64,000 nt of DNA, from positions 49,386-113,385 of IMG/VR virus record IMGVR_UViG_2857429247_000001. One strand, 5' to 3'. The DNA comes from a virus (lineage: Duplodnaviria > Caudoviricetes). The notes below the pieces were generated by a model, which made no database searches, was not told the origin of the DNA, and saw only the letters and a program-made list of their open reading frames with translations. Positions 46,977-56,420 of this stretch are shown here, in pieces. The number at the start of each line of letters is the position of its first letter. Position 1 is the first letter of the stretch. A program made the translations under genes and the position numbers.

Positions 46977-47167
46977 TCGAGCACCCGGGCTTCATCGCCT
47001 CCGTCGCCCTGATCACCTCCGGCGTGCCGAAGGAGATCGTGTTCGGGTCGGGCCAGACCTACCCCGAACTCGAGGCCATTGAGCGCGAGGCGTGGCTCAT
47101 CGCGACCGGGATCGCCCAGGGCGCGAAGTGGGACTGGAGCTCGTGGTGCTGGAAGAAGGAAGGGTGA
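46967..47167 (+). other. Programmed -1 frameshift site (A AAA AAC) and gpT-like extension
   Basis: The -1 frame is open from 46973 to the TGA at 47165-47167 (LVEHPGFIAS...WDWSSWCWKKEG) and has no ATG start of its own. Confidence 0.8.
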
Positions 47168-47170
47168 GCG

Positions 47171-47617
47171 GTGTCGCGCAACTTCGCCTCGATCGGTGAC
47201 TTCGTGCGCTTCATGAGCCGCCAGGTTGCGACGCTCCCGGCCGCGCAGCGGCATGCGCTGGCCGAGGGCGCCGAGATCGTCTTGGAGGAAGCAAAGAGCT
47301 ACCCAGGCGAGTATCAGACCGGCTGGCCAGCGTTGGCGGAAGCCACGAAGGACCGGCGCGCGGCCGCGGGACACGCGCCCGACGAGCCTCTGAAGGTGAC
47401 CGGGGAGTTGCAGGCCTCCTATCGCAGCAAGGTGTCAGACGCGCACCACGCCGCCGTCGGCTCCGACAACGACAAGGCGCTCTGGCAGGAACTCGGAACC
47501 GCGACGATCCCGCGGCGCCCCGTACTGGCCTTGGCCGGGTCCACGAAGGAAGCCGAGGTCGTTCGCACGATCGGCCACGTCATCGCCCGCCACATGGTGG
47601 GCGGATCGAACGCCTAG
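47171..47617 (+). CDS. Virion morphogenesis protein (HK97 gp10-like)
   Basis: W.ALAEAT...PLKVTGELQAS...VGS...A.WQELGT..IPRRPVL. Confidence 0.8.
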   Translation: MSRNFASIGDFVRFMSRQVATLPAAQRHALAEGAEIVLEEAKSYPGEYQTGWPALAEATKDRRAAAGHAPDEPLKVTGELQASYRSKVSDAHHAAVGSDNDKALWQELGTATIPRRPVLALAGSTKEAEVVRTIGHVIARHMVGGSNA

Positions 47618-47691
47618 AGCAGTCGTCGAATTCGAGCCGTGGGGGTGCCTCTGACACCTCTGCGGCTCGTTGCGCGTTTGTGGGCCGGGTG

Positions 47692-47723
47692 AGCGTGAAA
47701 ACGTCGACGCGTGAACGCGTGAA
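47692..47723. repeat. Phased octamer array (4 units) abutting the family B motif
   Basis: agcgtgaa aacgtcga cgcgtgaa cgcgtgaa. Confidence 0.75.
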
Positions 47724-47848
47724 GGGCTTCCCCCCAAGTATCGCTTGACGTATAGACCAGATCGCGAGTTACCGATCTGAGCCGCCGGCACCGCCGCGGT
47801 CGTTCCGAAGCCCCCAGCGCAATGCGCGGGGGCTTTCGTGTTTCGGGG
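47724..47848 (+). promoter_or_regulatory. Family B motif copy 4 with terminator-like hairpin, upstream of the tape measure gene
   Basis: GGGCTTCCCCCCAAGTATCGCTTGACGTATAGACCA; hairpin 47807-47837 then gtgtttcgggg. Confidence 0.8.
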
Positions 47849-47926
47849 CTCGCGAGGCGCCCCTACCCCCGCTGTTCCCGACCGCTTCATAACGGTCGGA
47901 TGAGCGCGGGGGTGGGGGAGATCGCC

Positions 47927-48235
47927 TCAAGGCGCGCAGCGCTGCATTTCGGTCGCGACAAGCCCGGCGGCGATGCCGAGCTTGAGCAGCGCATCGCCCG
48001 CCTCGTTCTGAGCGCCGATCAGATCCAAGATCTTCTGCTTGGTCGCACCGTCCGACCGGGCCAGCATGCCCTGGAATTCCGGGGCCTTGAGCGTCATGCG
48101 CAAGTTCAGGGCGAGGTCGCTCATCCGGCGCAGGTTCTGCTCGGCCGCGGCGCATTGGGCCGACGTCATCGGCGCCGCAGCGGCGGGCCCGATCAGCGCG
48201 ATCAGCACCGCGCCCTCCACGCAAAACTTCAACAT
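47927..48235 (-). CDS. Small exported protein (reverse-strand moron)
   Basis: Signal-peptide-like N-terminus, Cys near both ends of the mature chain. Confidence 0.5.
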   Translation of the reverse strand: MLKFCVEGAVLIALIGPAAAAPMTSAQCAAAEQNLRRMSDLALNLRMTLKAPEFQGMLARSDGATKQKILDLIGAQNEAGDALLKLGIAAGLVATEMQRCAP

Positions 48236-48255
48236 GCGACGTCTCGGAGTGTGCT

Positions 48256-51105
48256 GTGGCTGAGGTGTTCCGCATCCAGACCGCCCTGGAACTCGGCGGA
48301 AACCTCGCTCCGGAAACGATTAAGCTTCTCCGAACGATGGAGAAGATCGAGACGAAGGCCAAGGCGATCCCGCGCGAGCTGCGTGCATGGGAGCGACCGA
48401 TCCTCGATGCCGCAAGGGCCGTTGAGCGCTTGGCCTCGGCGATGAGTCGGGTCAGCCGCGCCGGCGCGAAGCGGACCGCCCCTCAGAACGACATCGTCAA
48501 GTGGGCCTCGGCCTCCGCCAAGGAACTCGGCGCCACCAAAAAGGCGGCGCAAGGCGTCGGGAATGCCGCCCGCGGCGTCGGCCGGTCGTTCGAGTCCTGG
48601 GAAGGCAAGATCAGCAAGGCCACGCGTGCGCTGGAGCGCATGGAGCGCGTGGCCAGCAGCATGCGCATGCCCGCGATGCCAGCGGCTCCGCAGGGCGGCT
48701 ATGGCCGGGGTGGATCCCAGCGCGGAAGCGGCAGCGGGGGTCACGGTGGCTCCTCAAGCCGTCGAGGCCATGGACGGCACGGGCCGGAATACCACGATGG
48801 CTCCGCGCTCGCCGGCATGGTCGGCGTGGGCGGCGGCGTGCACACGATCGAGAAAGTTCTCGAGACCGGCATCGACATGGAGCACATCGCGCTCGGCATG
48901 CGCCAGACCGGCGCGACCGACGCGCAGGTGGCCGAGGCCAAGCGAGTCTCGGAGGCGGGATCGAAGGCGTTTCCCAACCTGTCGACGCTGGAGATCTTCG
49001 AGCACATCAACGATCTGCGCGGCATCCTGGGCGACATGGACAAGGCGATCCATGAGGCGCCGGACATCCTGCCCGAGTTCTCCGCGCTCAAAGCCAAAGC
49101 GGGCAACCGCGGCGCGAAGAGCGCGGTCGGGGAAATCTACAACGCGGTCAAGTCGGCCGAGACGGCGAACGAGATCACGGCTGAGGGCGTGCAGAAGCAC
49201 GTCAACTCGCTGACGCGCCTCGCGTTCTGGTACGGCGACAAGCTGAACCCGTCGCAGTATTTCTCGGCCCAGAAGGCCGGCGGCCAGATGCTCAATCTGA
49301 CATCGGACCGGTTCCGGTTCGGCGCTTTCTCGGCGCTGACCCAGGAAATCGGCCAGCGCGCCGGCACCCAGTTCGGCACCTTCGCCGCCAAGGGCGTGGC
49401 CGGCCTGAAGATGACGGTTGCGGGCCTTGATCGTGCCGCCAAGTTCGGGCTGCTCGACGTCGATACGATCCAGCGCAGCAAGAACAACAGCGTCAAACCG
49501 GGTGCACAGTTCTCCGACATCGGACTGGATGGCGTAAAGTACGATCGAGCAAAAGACCCTGATCTGTGGCTCTACAAGAACGTCATCCCGAAGTTGAAAG
49601 CGGGCGGCGTCAACACGGATGACAAGGCCGAGCTCCTGCGGGAGTTGGGCCGGATTTTCACGGACAAGAACGCCTACGGCTTCCTGTTCGAGTTGGCGCA
49701 GCAGCGCACGAAGATCGACAAGGACTGGCACGGTTTCGTCGGGACCTCCGGCGATTTCCGTTCGTACCTCGGCAAGGACCCGATGGCAGCCGTTCAGGGC
49801 ACCCAGGCTCAGGCCAACGCCCTGATGACCGCCCTGTCCGGTCCTGCGATCCCCGGCATCGTCGAGAACCTGGGCAAGCTGAACACCGGTCTGGCGGACG
49901 TCGCGGGCTTCTTCGAGAAGCACCCGCTCGGCGCACAGTCTGTGATGGGCACCGGTATGGGCGTCGTCGGCGGCCTCGCCACGGCCGGCGTCGTCGGACT
50001 GACCGTGATGGCGGTATCGACGCTGTCTCTGCCGGCTCTGGCGATCGGCACAGTCGCCGGTCTGACCATCGCGGCCCTGACTATCCCGTGGGATAAGATC
50101 TACGAGACCATGGGCTGGAAGCCTGGGATCGGGATGGGCGGCAAGGACGTCGGCGGCCTGAAGAGCAACGCCGAGGATGGGCTTCCCGGTGTCGGGCCTG
50201 GCGTCACACAGGCGCAGGCCGAGCGTGACCGGAAGCGCGCCGCCGGCATCCAGGGCCTCGGCAACAGCTACCAGAACGTGATCGACGCGCAGAAGCGTCT
50301 GGCCGACGCGACCGGGCGAACCGGGACCATGGCCGACTCGACTCGGCCGTTGGTGGATCGTCTGGGGAATGCCCTCCTGGAATTCGCCAAGAAGCTGATC
50401 ATCACCGAGGGCGTGCTGAGCAACATCTCTTTCGGCGGAGGCGGCGGAGGTGGAGGTGGATCGGGCGGTCTGATCCAGAAGGCCAGTCTCGGCGGCGGGG
50501 GCGGCGGGCGTGACGTCCCGGACTTTGGTGGCGGAGCTGGCGGATCCGGTTCGACGGCCTTCGATGCGATCATGCGCGCTGAGGGGACGGCGGGAAAGGA
50601 TCCCTACAACGTCGTGCTCGGGAACGGTAAGTACGGGCTGCCGAACAAGCCGCTCACCGAGATGACGCTGCGGGAGGCCTATGCGTTCGGACGTACGGTC
50701 CGGGCCCGGCACGGGTCGTCTTCAGCGCTGGGGGCGTTCCAGATCGTCGGACACACCATGAAGCGACACATGGGCGCCGTCGGTCTCGGCTGGGACGACA
50801 AGTTCAGTCCGGAGAACCAGCGGAAGCTGGCCCGCGATATCGCCAGAACCGAGGGGCTCGGCGCTTGGGAGGGCTTCAAATCTCACCCACACGAGCGCGC
50901 GAAGGCGAGGTCGGGCACATGGAACACGCGCCCTGATGTGCCGCCGCCGCCGAAGTCGAAGGAACTGGTCGCGCACCTCCACACCCATCTCGATGGGCGG
51001 AAGGTCGCTTCGGTCGTGACGCGTCACCAGTTCGACGCGGCCAATGGCCCGGCCACGGGCGCCAACTTCGCCGACGCCTCCGAGCTCTACCCGCAGCTCG
51101 GCTGA
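48256..51105 (+). CDS. Tape measure protein with C-terminal lysozyme-like (muramidase) domain
   Basis: 949 aa, helical with a hydrophobic segment; Gly linker then AIMRAEG..DPYNVV.G, SSALGAFQIV..T, FSPENQRKLA. Confidence 0.85.
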   Translation: MAEVFRIQTALELGGNLAPETIKLLRTMEKIETKAKAIPRELRAWERPILDAARAVERLASAMSRVSRAGAKRTAPQNDIVKWASASAKELGATKKAAQGVGNAARGVGRSFESWEGKISKATRALERMERVASSMRMPAMPAAPQGGYGRGGSQRGSGSGGHGGSSSRRGHGRHGPEYHDGSALAGMVGVGGGVHTIEKVLETGIDMEHIALGMRQTGATDAQVAEAKRVSEAGSKAFPNLSTLEIFEHINDLRGILGDMDKAIHEAPDILPEFSALKAKAGNRGAKSAVGEIYNAVKSAETANEITAEGVQKHVNSLTRLAFWYGDKLNPSQYFSAQKAGGQMLNLTSDRFRFGAFSALTQEIGQRAGTQFGTFAAKGVAGLKMTVAGLDRAAKFGLLDVDTIQRSKNNSVKPGAQFSDIGLDGVKYDRAKDPDLWLYKNVIPKLKAGGVNTDDKAELLRELGRIFTDKNAYGFLFELAQQRTKIDKDWHGFVGTSGDFRSYLGKDPMAAVQGTQAQANALMTALSGPAIPGIVENLGKLNTGLADVAGFFEKHPLGAQSVMGTGMGVVGGLATAGVVGLTVMAVSTLSLPALAIGTVAGLTIAALTIPWDKIYETMGWKPGIGMGGKDVGGLKSNAEDGLPGVGPGVTQAQAERDRKRAAGIQGLGNSYQNVIDAQKRLADATGRTGTMADSTRPLVDRLGNALLEFAKKLIITEGVLSNISFGGGGGGGGGSGGLIQKASLGGGGGGRDVPDFGGGAGGSGSTAFDAIMRAEGTAGKDPYNVVLGNGKYGLPNKPLTEMTLREAYAFGRTVRARHGSSSALGAFQIVGHTMKRHMGAVGLGWDDKFSPENQRKLARDIARTEGLGAWEGFKSHPHERAKARSGTWNTRPDVPPPPKSKELVAHLHTHLDGRKVASVVTRHQFDAANGPATGANFADASELYPQLG

Positions 51106-51183
51106 CCCGCCCGGGTCCTCCACCACTGACGCGGCCCGCCCGGGCTCGGGGATGACCCGGCCGGGCGCGATCGGAGGCGGACC

Positions 51184-51936
51184 ATGACGGTCACGCTCGG
51201 CGGGTTCGCCTTCCAAGACCTCGAGATCCCCGAGTCGATCAGCTGGGGCGGCCCGCATCTGCAGGCCCGCCACCAGCTGATCGGCGGCGACCGCGTGTTC
51301 GACGCCATGGGCGACGATCCGCGGCCGATCGAATGGAGTGGGATATTCCTCTACGGCGACGCCGCCGACCGCGCGCGAGAGGTCGAGGCCATGAAGGCCT
51401 CCGGAGGCGCGTTCCTCCTGACGTGGGGCTCGTTCTCGCGCCAGGTTGTGATCAAATCCTTCGACCCGGACTACCAGTTCGAGTTCCGGATCCCTTATCG
51501 GATCTGCTGCGAGGTCATTCCGGACGGAACTGGCGACGAGCCGGGTCTCGGCGACCTGCTCGCCTCCGACTTCGCCACCCTCGCCGGACTCCCGCTCGGT
51601 GATGTGGCCCTGGGCGCGCTCACAGGCGTGCAGGCGGCCATCGGCATCGCGGCAACCGCCGCCACCTCCGGCCAGCTCGTCGATGCGCCGCTCTACGCCC
51701 TTCAGACCGCAGCAGGGGCCGCGCAGGCCGCCGCAGACACCTTCCTGGGCATGCAGGCCGCCGCCGACGCCGCGCTCCCCGAGGTCGATCTCGGCGCGAT
51801 CCCCGGCCTTGCCCCCGTCGAGATGGGTGCCTCGCTCCTCAGCCTCGCGGGGGCGTCTGGAACGCTGTCCGATGCGACGGTGGCCGCAGCCTACATGAGC
51901 CGGATCGCCGGCAACCTCGGACTCTACGGAGGCTGA
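51184..51936 (+). CDS. Tail tube initiator/baseplate-proximal protein
   Basis: VTLGGFAFQDLEIPESISWGG..LIGG.RV.DAMG, after the tape measure gene. Confidence 0.65.
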   Translation: MTVTLGGFAFQDLEIPESISWGGPHLQARHQLIGGDRVFDAMGDDPRPIEWSGIFLYGDAADRAREVEAMKASGGAFLLTWGSFSRQVVIKSFDPDYQFEFRIPYRICCEVIPDGTGDEPGLGDLLASDFATLAGLPLGDVALGALTGVQAAIGIAATAATSGQLVDAPLYALQTAAGAAQAAADTFLGMQAAADAALPEVDLGAIPGLAPVEMGASLLSLAGASGTLSDATVAAAYMSRIAGNLGLYGG

Positions 51937-51937
51937 C

Positions 51938-52195
51938 ATGCCGGTCCTGAGCCGGACGCCGCGCGGCGTCCAGACGATCTCGGTCGTCTCGGCCAACCTC
52001 TTCGTCCTCGCCGAGCAGTATCTCGGCGACGCGACGCAATGGCAGCGGATCGCTGACCTCAACAGCTTCCCCGGCACCGAGCCGGATTTCTTGGTCGCGG
52101 GGCCGACGACCCTGAAGATGCCGTCGCGGCTGGCGGGCGGCTCCGGCGCCGCGCCCGTTCCGATCGAGCAGATGCTTTTTGGCGTGAGTTCCTGA
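51938..52195 (+). CDS. LysM-like / tail protein X
   Basis: NLFVLAEQYLGDATQWQRIADLN. Confidence 0.75.
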   Translation: MPVLSRTPRGVQTISVVSANLFVLAEQYLGDATQWQRIADLNSFPGTEPDFLVAGPTTLKMPSRLAGGSGAAPVPIEQMLFGVSS

Positions 52196-53379
52196 TGGCA
52201 TCCGGAAGCCGGAAGCCGCGCGTGCGGTTGCTCATCGATGGCCAGGCTGTGCCGTGCGTCCAGGCGAGCGTCCAGGTCTCACGCCATCCCCGGGCCGACA
52301 CCTTTACCGCAGTCGCCCCCCTGGCTTCCTCGGGGCGGTCTCTCGAATACTGGTCGAACGTCGGGCCGGTCGAGTGCATCGTACAGGCCTGCAACGATGT
52401 CGATGAGGGCTGGGTCGAACTCCTGAGCGGTCAACTCGACCGCTGCGTCGTGCGCGGCGAGTTCGCCGGCGGCGTGCGCGTGGAATTGTCGGGCCGGGAC
52501 AAGACGGCCAAGCTCCTCGACGCGCGGCGCACCCGGAAGGACTCGAACAAGAAGGCCTCCGACATCGTCAAGGACCTCGCGCAGCAGCACGGTCTCGACG
52601 CAGATGTCGACGAAAGCGACTCGGACGCCGGCAAGATCCACACAGACGAGACCGCCCACCTCATCGACAACGACACGGACTGGAACGTCATCTCCAGGCT
52701 CGCCGAGCGCGAGGGGGTGTTCCACTTCCTGAAGGGCAACACGCTCTATTTCAAGAAGCCCGGCAACGACGATGTTGGGTTCGGGAAGTTTCCGATCCGG
52801 TTCACGCCCCCGAGCCGAGGACGCAAGGCCCGGGGCAACGTGATGGACATCACGCTCGTCCAGAACGTGCACCTCAATCGCGGCGTGAAACAGACGGTGC
52901 GCTCCTTCCACACCCGGAAGGAGAAGAACATCTGCACGACGAAAGAGGCCCAGGCGGCCGGCTACGGCCAGCCGCTGGAGTGGATCGACCACATCCCAGG
53001 GCTTACGGACGCGCAGGTCGAGCAGGTCGCGACGAAGAAGCAACTTGAGAAGCAGCGCCACGAGATGGGGCTGCAAGTCACCATGCCCGGTGACGTCACG
53101 ATCGATCCCCGGATGATGCTTGAGGTCTCGGGCACGGGATCGTCCTGGGACCAAGACTACCACATCGACACGATCAACCACTCCTTTGGCCCGCTCGAAG
53201 GTTACCTGATGACCATCGCGGGCAAGAACGCCAAGGGCGGCGAGGGTGGGGGGCAGGACAGCGGCGCGGGCGGAGGCACGCCTACGGGTGCCGCAGCGGG
53301 GGCTTCCGGCACCGTTCAGGGACCGCCGGCGCCGATCTCCGGGGCGCCGCTGCCCCCGTCCCGCCCGGCCGGACTGTGA
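52195..53379 (+). CDS. Baseplate hub (gpD/late control D-like)
   Basis: LSGRDKTAKL, ASDIVKDLA..HGL, TDWNVISRLAEREG, YHID.INH.F. Confidence 0.8.
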   Translation: MASGSRKPRVRLLIDGQAVPCVQASVQVSRHPRADTFTAVAPLASSGRSLEYWSNVGPVECIVQACNDVDEGWVELLSGQLDRCVVRGEFAGGVRVELSGRDKTAKLLDARRTRKDSNKKASDIVKDLAQQHGLDADVDESDSDAGKIHTDETAHLIDNDTDWNVISRLAEREGVFHFLKGNTLYFKKPGNDDVGFGKFPIRFTPPSRGRKARGNVMDITLVQNVHLNRGVKQTVRSFHTRKEKNICTTKEAQAAGYGQPLEWIDHIPGLTDAQVEQVATKKQLEKQRHEMGLQVTMPGDVTIDPRMMLEVSGTGSSWDQDYHIDTINHSFGPLEGYLMTIAGKNAKGGEGGGQDSGAGGGTPTGAAAGASGTVQGPPAPISGAPLPPSRPAGL

Positions 53380-53386
53380 GGCTCGC

Positions 53387-54085
53387 ATGATCGACATGGC
53401 CCTGATCCGCGGCCTCGTGCGGCAGGAGGTCGAGCGGGTGAACGCGTCGCGCAAGCATCCGCGCGACGCGATCATCACCTCGGTTGATCCCGACACCTAC
53501 TCGGCCAAGGTGCGCTTCGAGCCCCACGATCCGGACGATCCGGACAATGGCGGCTCCGGGTCCATCCCGATCCAGGCGGTTGCCACCGGCAAGGGCTTCG
53601 GGATCTTCTCGCTGCCCAAGGTCGGCGATCCCGTCCAGGTCACCTTCCGCGAGGGTGATCACATGACGGGGCAAATCCAGCAGCGCCACGCCTCGGAGCA
53701 GCATCAGCCACCGGCCGGCATGAAGGAGGGCGAGCACTGGATGGTGCATGAGAGTGGGACCGTCCTCGCTCTGAAAGCCGACGGCACGGTATTCGTAGGT
53801 GGAGCCGGCACGGTGAAGAACCGCGGCGGCAAGGACCCCGCCACCGGCAAGGACTCGCAACCAAAGGGGCAGCAGCCTCAAGCAAAGCAGTCCCTAACCA
53901 TGGCTCCTGATGGGTCGCTTACCCTCGCGCACAAATCGGGCGGGACGATCACCATGAGTCCGGAAGGCAAGATCACGATCAAGCCTAAGGGGCAGGACGC
54001 AGTGATCGACGCCTCGAACATCATCCAGCAGGCCGCCAAGAAAATGATTGGGCAGGCTGGCAAGATACTGATGAACTGCGGGTGA
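53387..54085 (+). CDS. Baseplate central spike (gpV/gp5 OB-fold)
   Basis: ITSVDP..YSAKVR, SLPKVGDPVQV.F, C-terminal beta-helix ending ILMNCG. Confidence 0.8.
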   Translation: MIDMALIRGLVRQEVERVNASRKHPRDAIITSVDPDTYSAKVRFEPHDPDDPDNGGSGSIPIQAVATGKGFGIFSLPKVGDPVQVTFREGDHMTGQIQQRHASEQHQPPAGMKEGEHWMVHESGTVLALKADGTVFVGGAGTVKNRGGKDPATGKDSQPKGQQPQAKQSLTMAPDGSLTLAHKSGGTITMSPEGKITIKPKGQDAVIDASNIIQQAAKKMIGQAGKILMNCG

Positions 54086-54089
54086 GCGC

Positions 54090-54866
54090 ATGCCTATCGA
54101 GATCGGACAGGCTCTGAAGCTTCTCGGCGGCGCCCCGCACCTCAAGGTCGCATCCTTCATCGCCGAAAACCTTCCGATCGCGAAGGTACTCGACAGCGGT
54201 CCGATCGGAGATCTGCTCGCGAACGTCCTGCAGAACGGCCCGGGGGCATTGATGCAAAACCCCATCGCCGCAGTGGCAGGTCAGTTGCAAGGCGCGATAG
54301 CATCAGCCGCCAACGCCCTTGGGGCTGTACCTGGCGCCGCGGGTCTCGTCTCCGCAATCACGGGCGCCAGTGGCCTGGCTGGCGCCGTCTCACGGCTGTC
54401 TGCGGCCGCTGATCTTCTCTCGGGTGTCACGATGCCTGGAGATGGTCAATTCGGGCTCCTCGACGTCGTGACGCATACCTCGATCACCGACATGCTGGGT
54501 GATGCGCTGCCGGCGAGCATGGGGCTAGATCGGGTGCTCGGTCCGCTGAACGCAGGCGCAGCTCTCGGCAGCATCGCGACGGCCCTGCCGGGCGTCATAT
54601 CGAACGTGGCGAGCGGGGCGATGAGCATCGCGGATGCTACGGCGTGGGTTTCCGGCCAAAGCGCCGCGCTCGGGGCGATTTCGGAAGCCAGCGCGACCGC
54701 GCTGCAATCCGCTCAGGATGCGGCGCACGCTCTGGTCTCAGTATCCAGTGCGGCAGCACTTCTGGCGACGCCGAATGAGGCGCTGCGTGCCCTGGTGCCG
54801 ATGATCGTGCAGCCCGCCTTCCTCTCGACGATGAGGGGCGCCGTCGCTAGCCACCAGGAAGTCTGA
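54090..54866 (+). CDS. Ala/Ser/Leu-rich hypothetical protein in the baseplate module
   Basis: 258-aa ORF between spike and gp25-like genes. Confidence 0.6.
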   Translation: MPIEIGQALKLLGGAPHLKVASFIAENLPIAKVLDSGPIGDLLANVLQNGPGALMQNPIAAVAGQLQGAIASAANALGAVPGAAGLVSAITGASGLAGAVSRLSAAADLLSGVTMPGDGQFGLLDVVTHTSITDMLGDALPASMGLDRVLGPLNAGAALGSIATALPGVISNVASGAMSIADATAWVSGQSAALGAISEASATALQSAQDAAHALVSVSSAAALLATPNEALRALVPMIVQPAFLSTMRGAVASHQEV

Positions 54867-54870
54867 GCCG

Positions 54871-55263
54871 ATGGCCGATCTCGATCACTTCTGGGGCAAC
54901 GATCTGTCCCTTTCGCCGACTGGCGATCTCGCCAGCGTCGAGGGGCCGGCCCGCGGTGAGCAACGCATCATCCGGAGGCTATGCACGAACGGTTCGGACG
55001 CGCTCAATCAACCGGTGGGCGAGTACGTCTTCCATCCGGGTTACGGCGCCGGACTTCCCCGCGAGGTCGGCCAGCCCGGCAATCTGGGCCGGGTCGAGGG
55101 TATCGCACGCCAGCAGATGCTGAATGAGGCGGCGGTGGTGCAATCTCCGCCGCCCACCGTGTCGGCGACCGAGGACGGGCTCGGAACCCTGACGATGGGC
55201 ATCACCTACACCGACTCCGAGACGCGCGAACCCCGCGAACTCTCCTTCGACATCGGGAACTAG
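54871..55263 (+). CDS. Baseplate wedge gp25/gpW-like protein
   Basis: GDLASVEG...QRIIRRL.T..GEYVFHP.YGAGL. Confidence 0.8.
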   Translation: MADLDHFWGNDLSLSPTGDLASVEGPARGEQRIIRRLCTNGSDALNQPVGEYVFHPGYGAGLPREVGQPGNLGRVEGIARQQMLNEAAVVQSPPPTVSATEDGLGTLTMGITYTDSETREPRELSFDIGN

Positions 55264-55267
55264 CGCC

Positions 55268-56413
55268 ATGGCTGCACCGCAGACGAAGCGCCACGCGACC
55301 ATCGTCTCCGACTTTGCGGCGGCGGCCCAGGGCGCGAGCGCGACTCCGCTCGATTTCACGGAGGGGTCGATCTTCCTGGCGCTCGCCGAGGCAACGGCGG
55401 GGCTCGGGACGTGGCTCCAACGCCTGTATATCTACGCGCTGTCGGTGACACGGCTGGTCTCCTCGCAGGGGATCTGGGTCGACACCTTCATCGGCCCGTT
55501 CGGCATGACGCGGCTCGTCGCCTCGGCCGCGAGCGGCTTGGTGAACTTCACCCGCTTCACCAGTTCGGGCAACGTCGTCATCCCGGTCGGGACCAGGGTG
55601 GCCACCGGCGACGGAACACAGTCGTTCCAAGTCGTGGCCGATCCCACGAATGGCGCCTTCTCGCCGACGGTCGCGGCGGGCGGCGGCTATCTGCTGCTCG
55701 CCGGTGCGCTCACGGTTCCTGTTCCGGTCCAGGCCACCACGGCCGGCACGGGCGGCAACGTCATCGCCGGGGCCATCACCAAGCTGCAATCTCCGGTCAC
55801 CGGGGTGACCGCGGTGGTCAACACGGCGGCCTTCACAAACGGCAAGGCGGCGGAGACCGATCCGGCAGTCAAGATCAGGTTTCCCAAGTATATCGCATCG
55901 CTATCCAAGGCGACGCGCGGCGCACTGGACTATGCGATCATGGCCCTGGGGCTGGGCCTCCAGGCGCGGTTCTTCGAATTCCAGCAACCTGGCGGCACGT
56001 CCGATCCAAACTTCAACACGGTGTTCGTCGATGACGGCTCCGGCGCGCCATCCGCGGAGCTGGTCGCGTCGGCCGCGCAGGCGGTCAACGATTACCGCGC
56101 GTTCGGCGTGCGGGTCGGCGTGTTCGGAGCCTCGCGCCTGCCTGCCGATATCCAGATGACGGTCGAGATCGACACCGCCTACGACGCCGAGAGCGTCGTG
56201 GCTGCGATCGTGGCCGCGCTCACCCTCTACATCAACGGCCTCGGGTTCGGCGCCCCGCTCCGATACACCCGTCTGGAGCAGATCGCCTATAATACGTCGC
56301 CCGCCGTCACCAACGTGACCGGCGTGTCGTTGAACGGCGGGAAGGTCGATCTCGTGCCCACCCTCGGGCAGACGATCAAGACGAACAACGTCGTCGTGAA
56401 CCCGGCCGTGTGA
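55268..56413 (+). CDS. Baseplate J-like protein
   Basis: IPVGTRV.T, VQATTAGTGGNV.AGAIT, N..AFTNG..AETD. Confidence 0.9.
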   Translation: MAAPQTKRHATIVSDFAAAAQGASATPLDFTEGSIFLALAEATAGLGTWLQRLYIYALSVTRLVSSQGIWVDTFIGPFGMTRLVASAASGLVNFTRFTSSGNVVIPVGTRVATGDGTQSFQVVADPTNGAFSPTVAAGGGYLLLAGALTVPVPVQATTAGTGGNVIAGAITKLQSPVTGVTAVVNTAAFTNGKAAETDPAVKIRFPKYIASLSKATRGALDYAIMALGLGLQARFFEFQQPGGTSDPNFNTVFVDDGSGAPSAELVASAAQAVNDYRAFGVRVGVFGASRLPADIQMTVEIDTAYDAESVVAAIVAALTLYINGLGFGAPLRYTRLEQIAYNTSPAVTNVTGVSLNGGKVDLVPTLGQTIKTNNVVVNPAV

Positions 56414-56420
56414 GGGCGAC

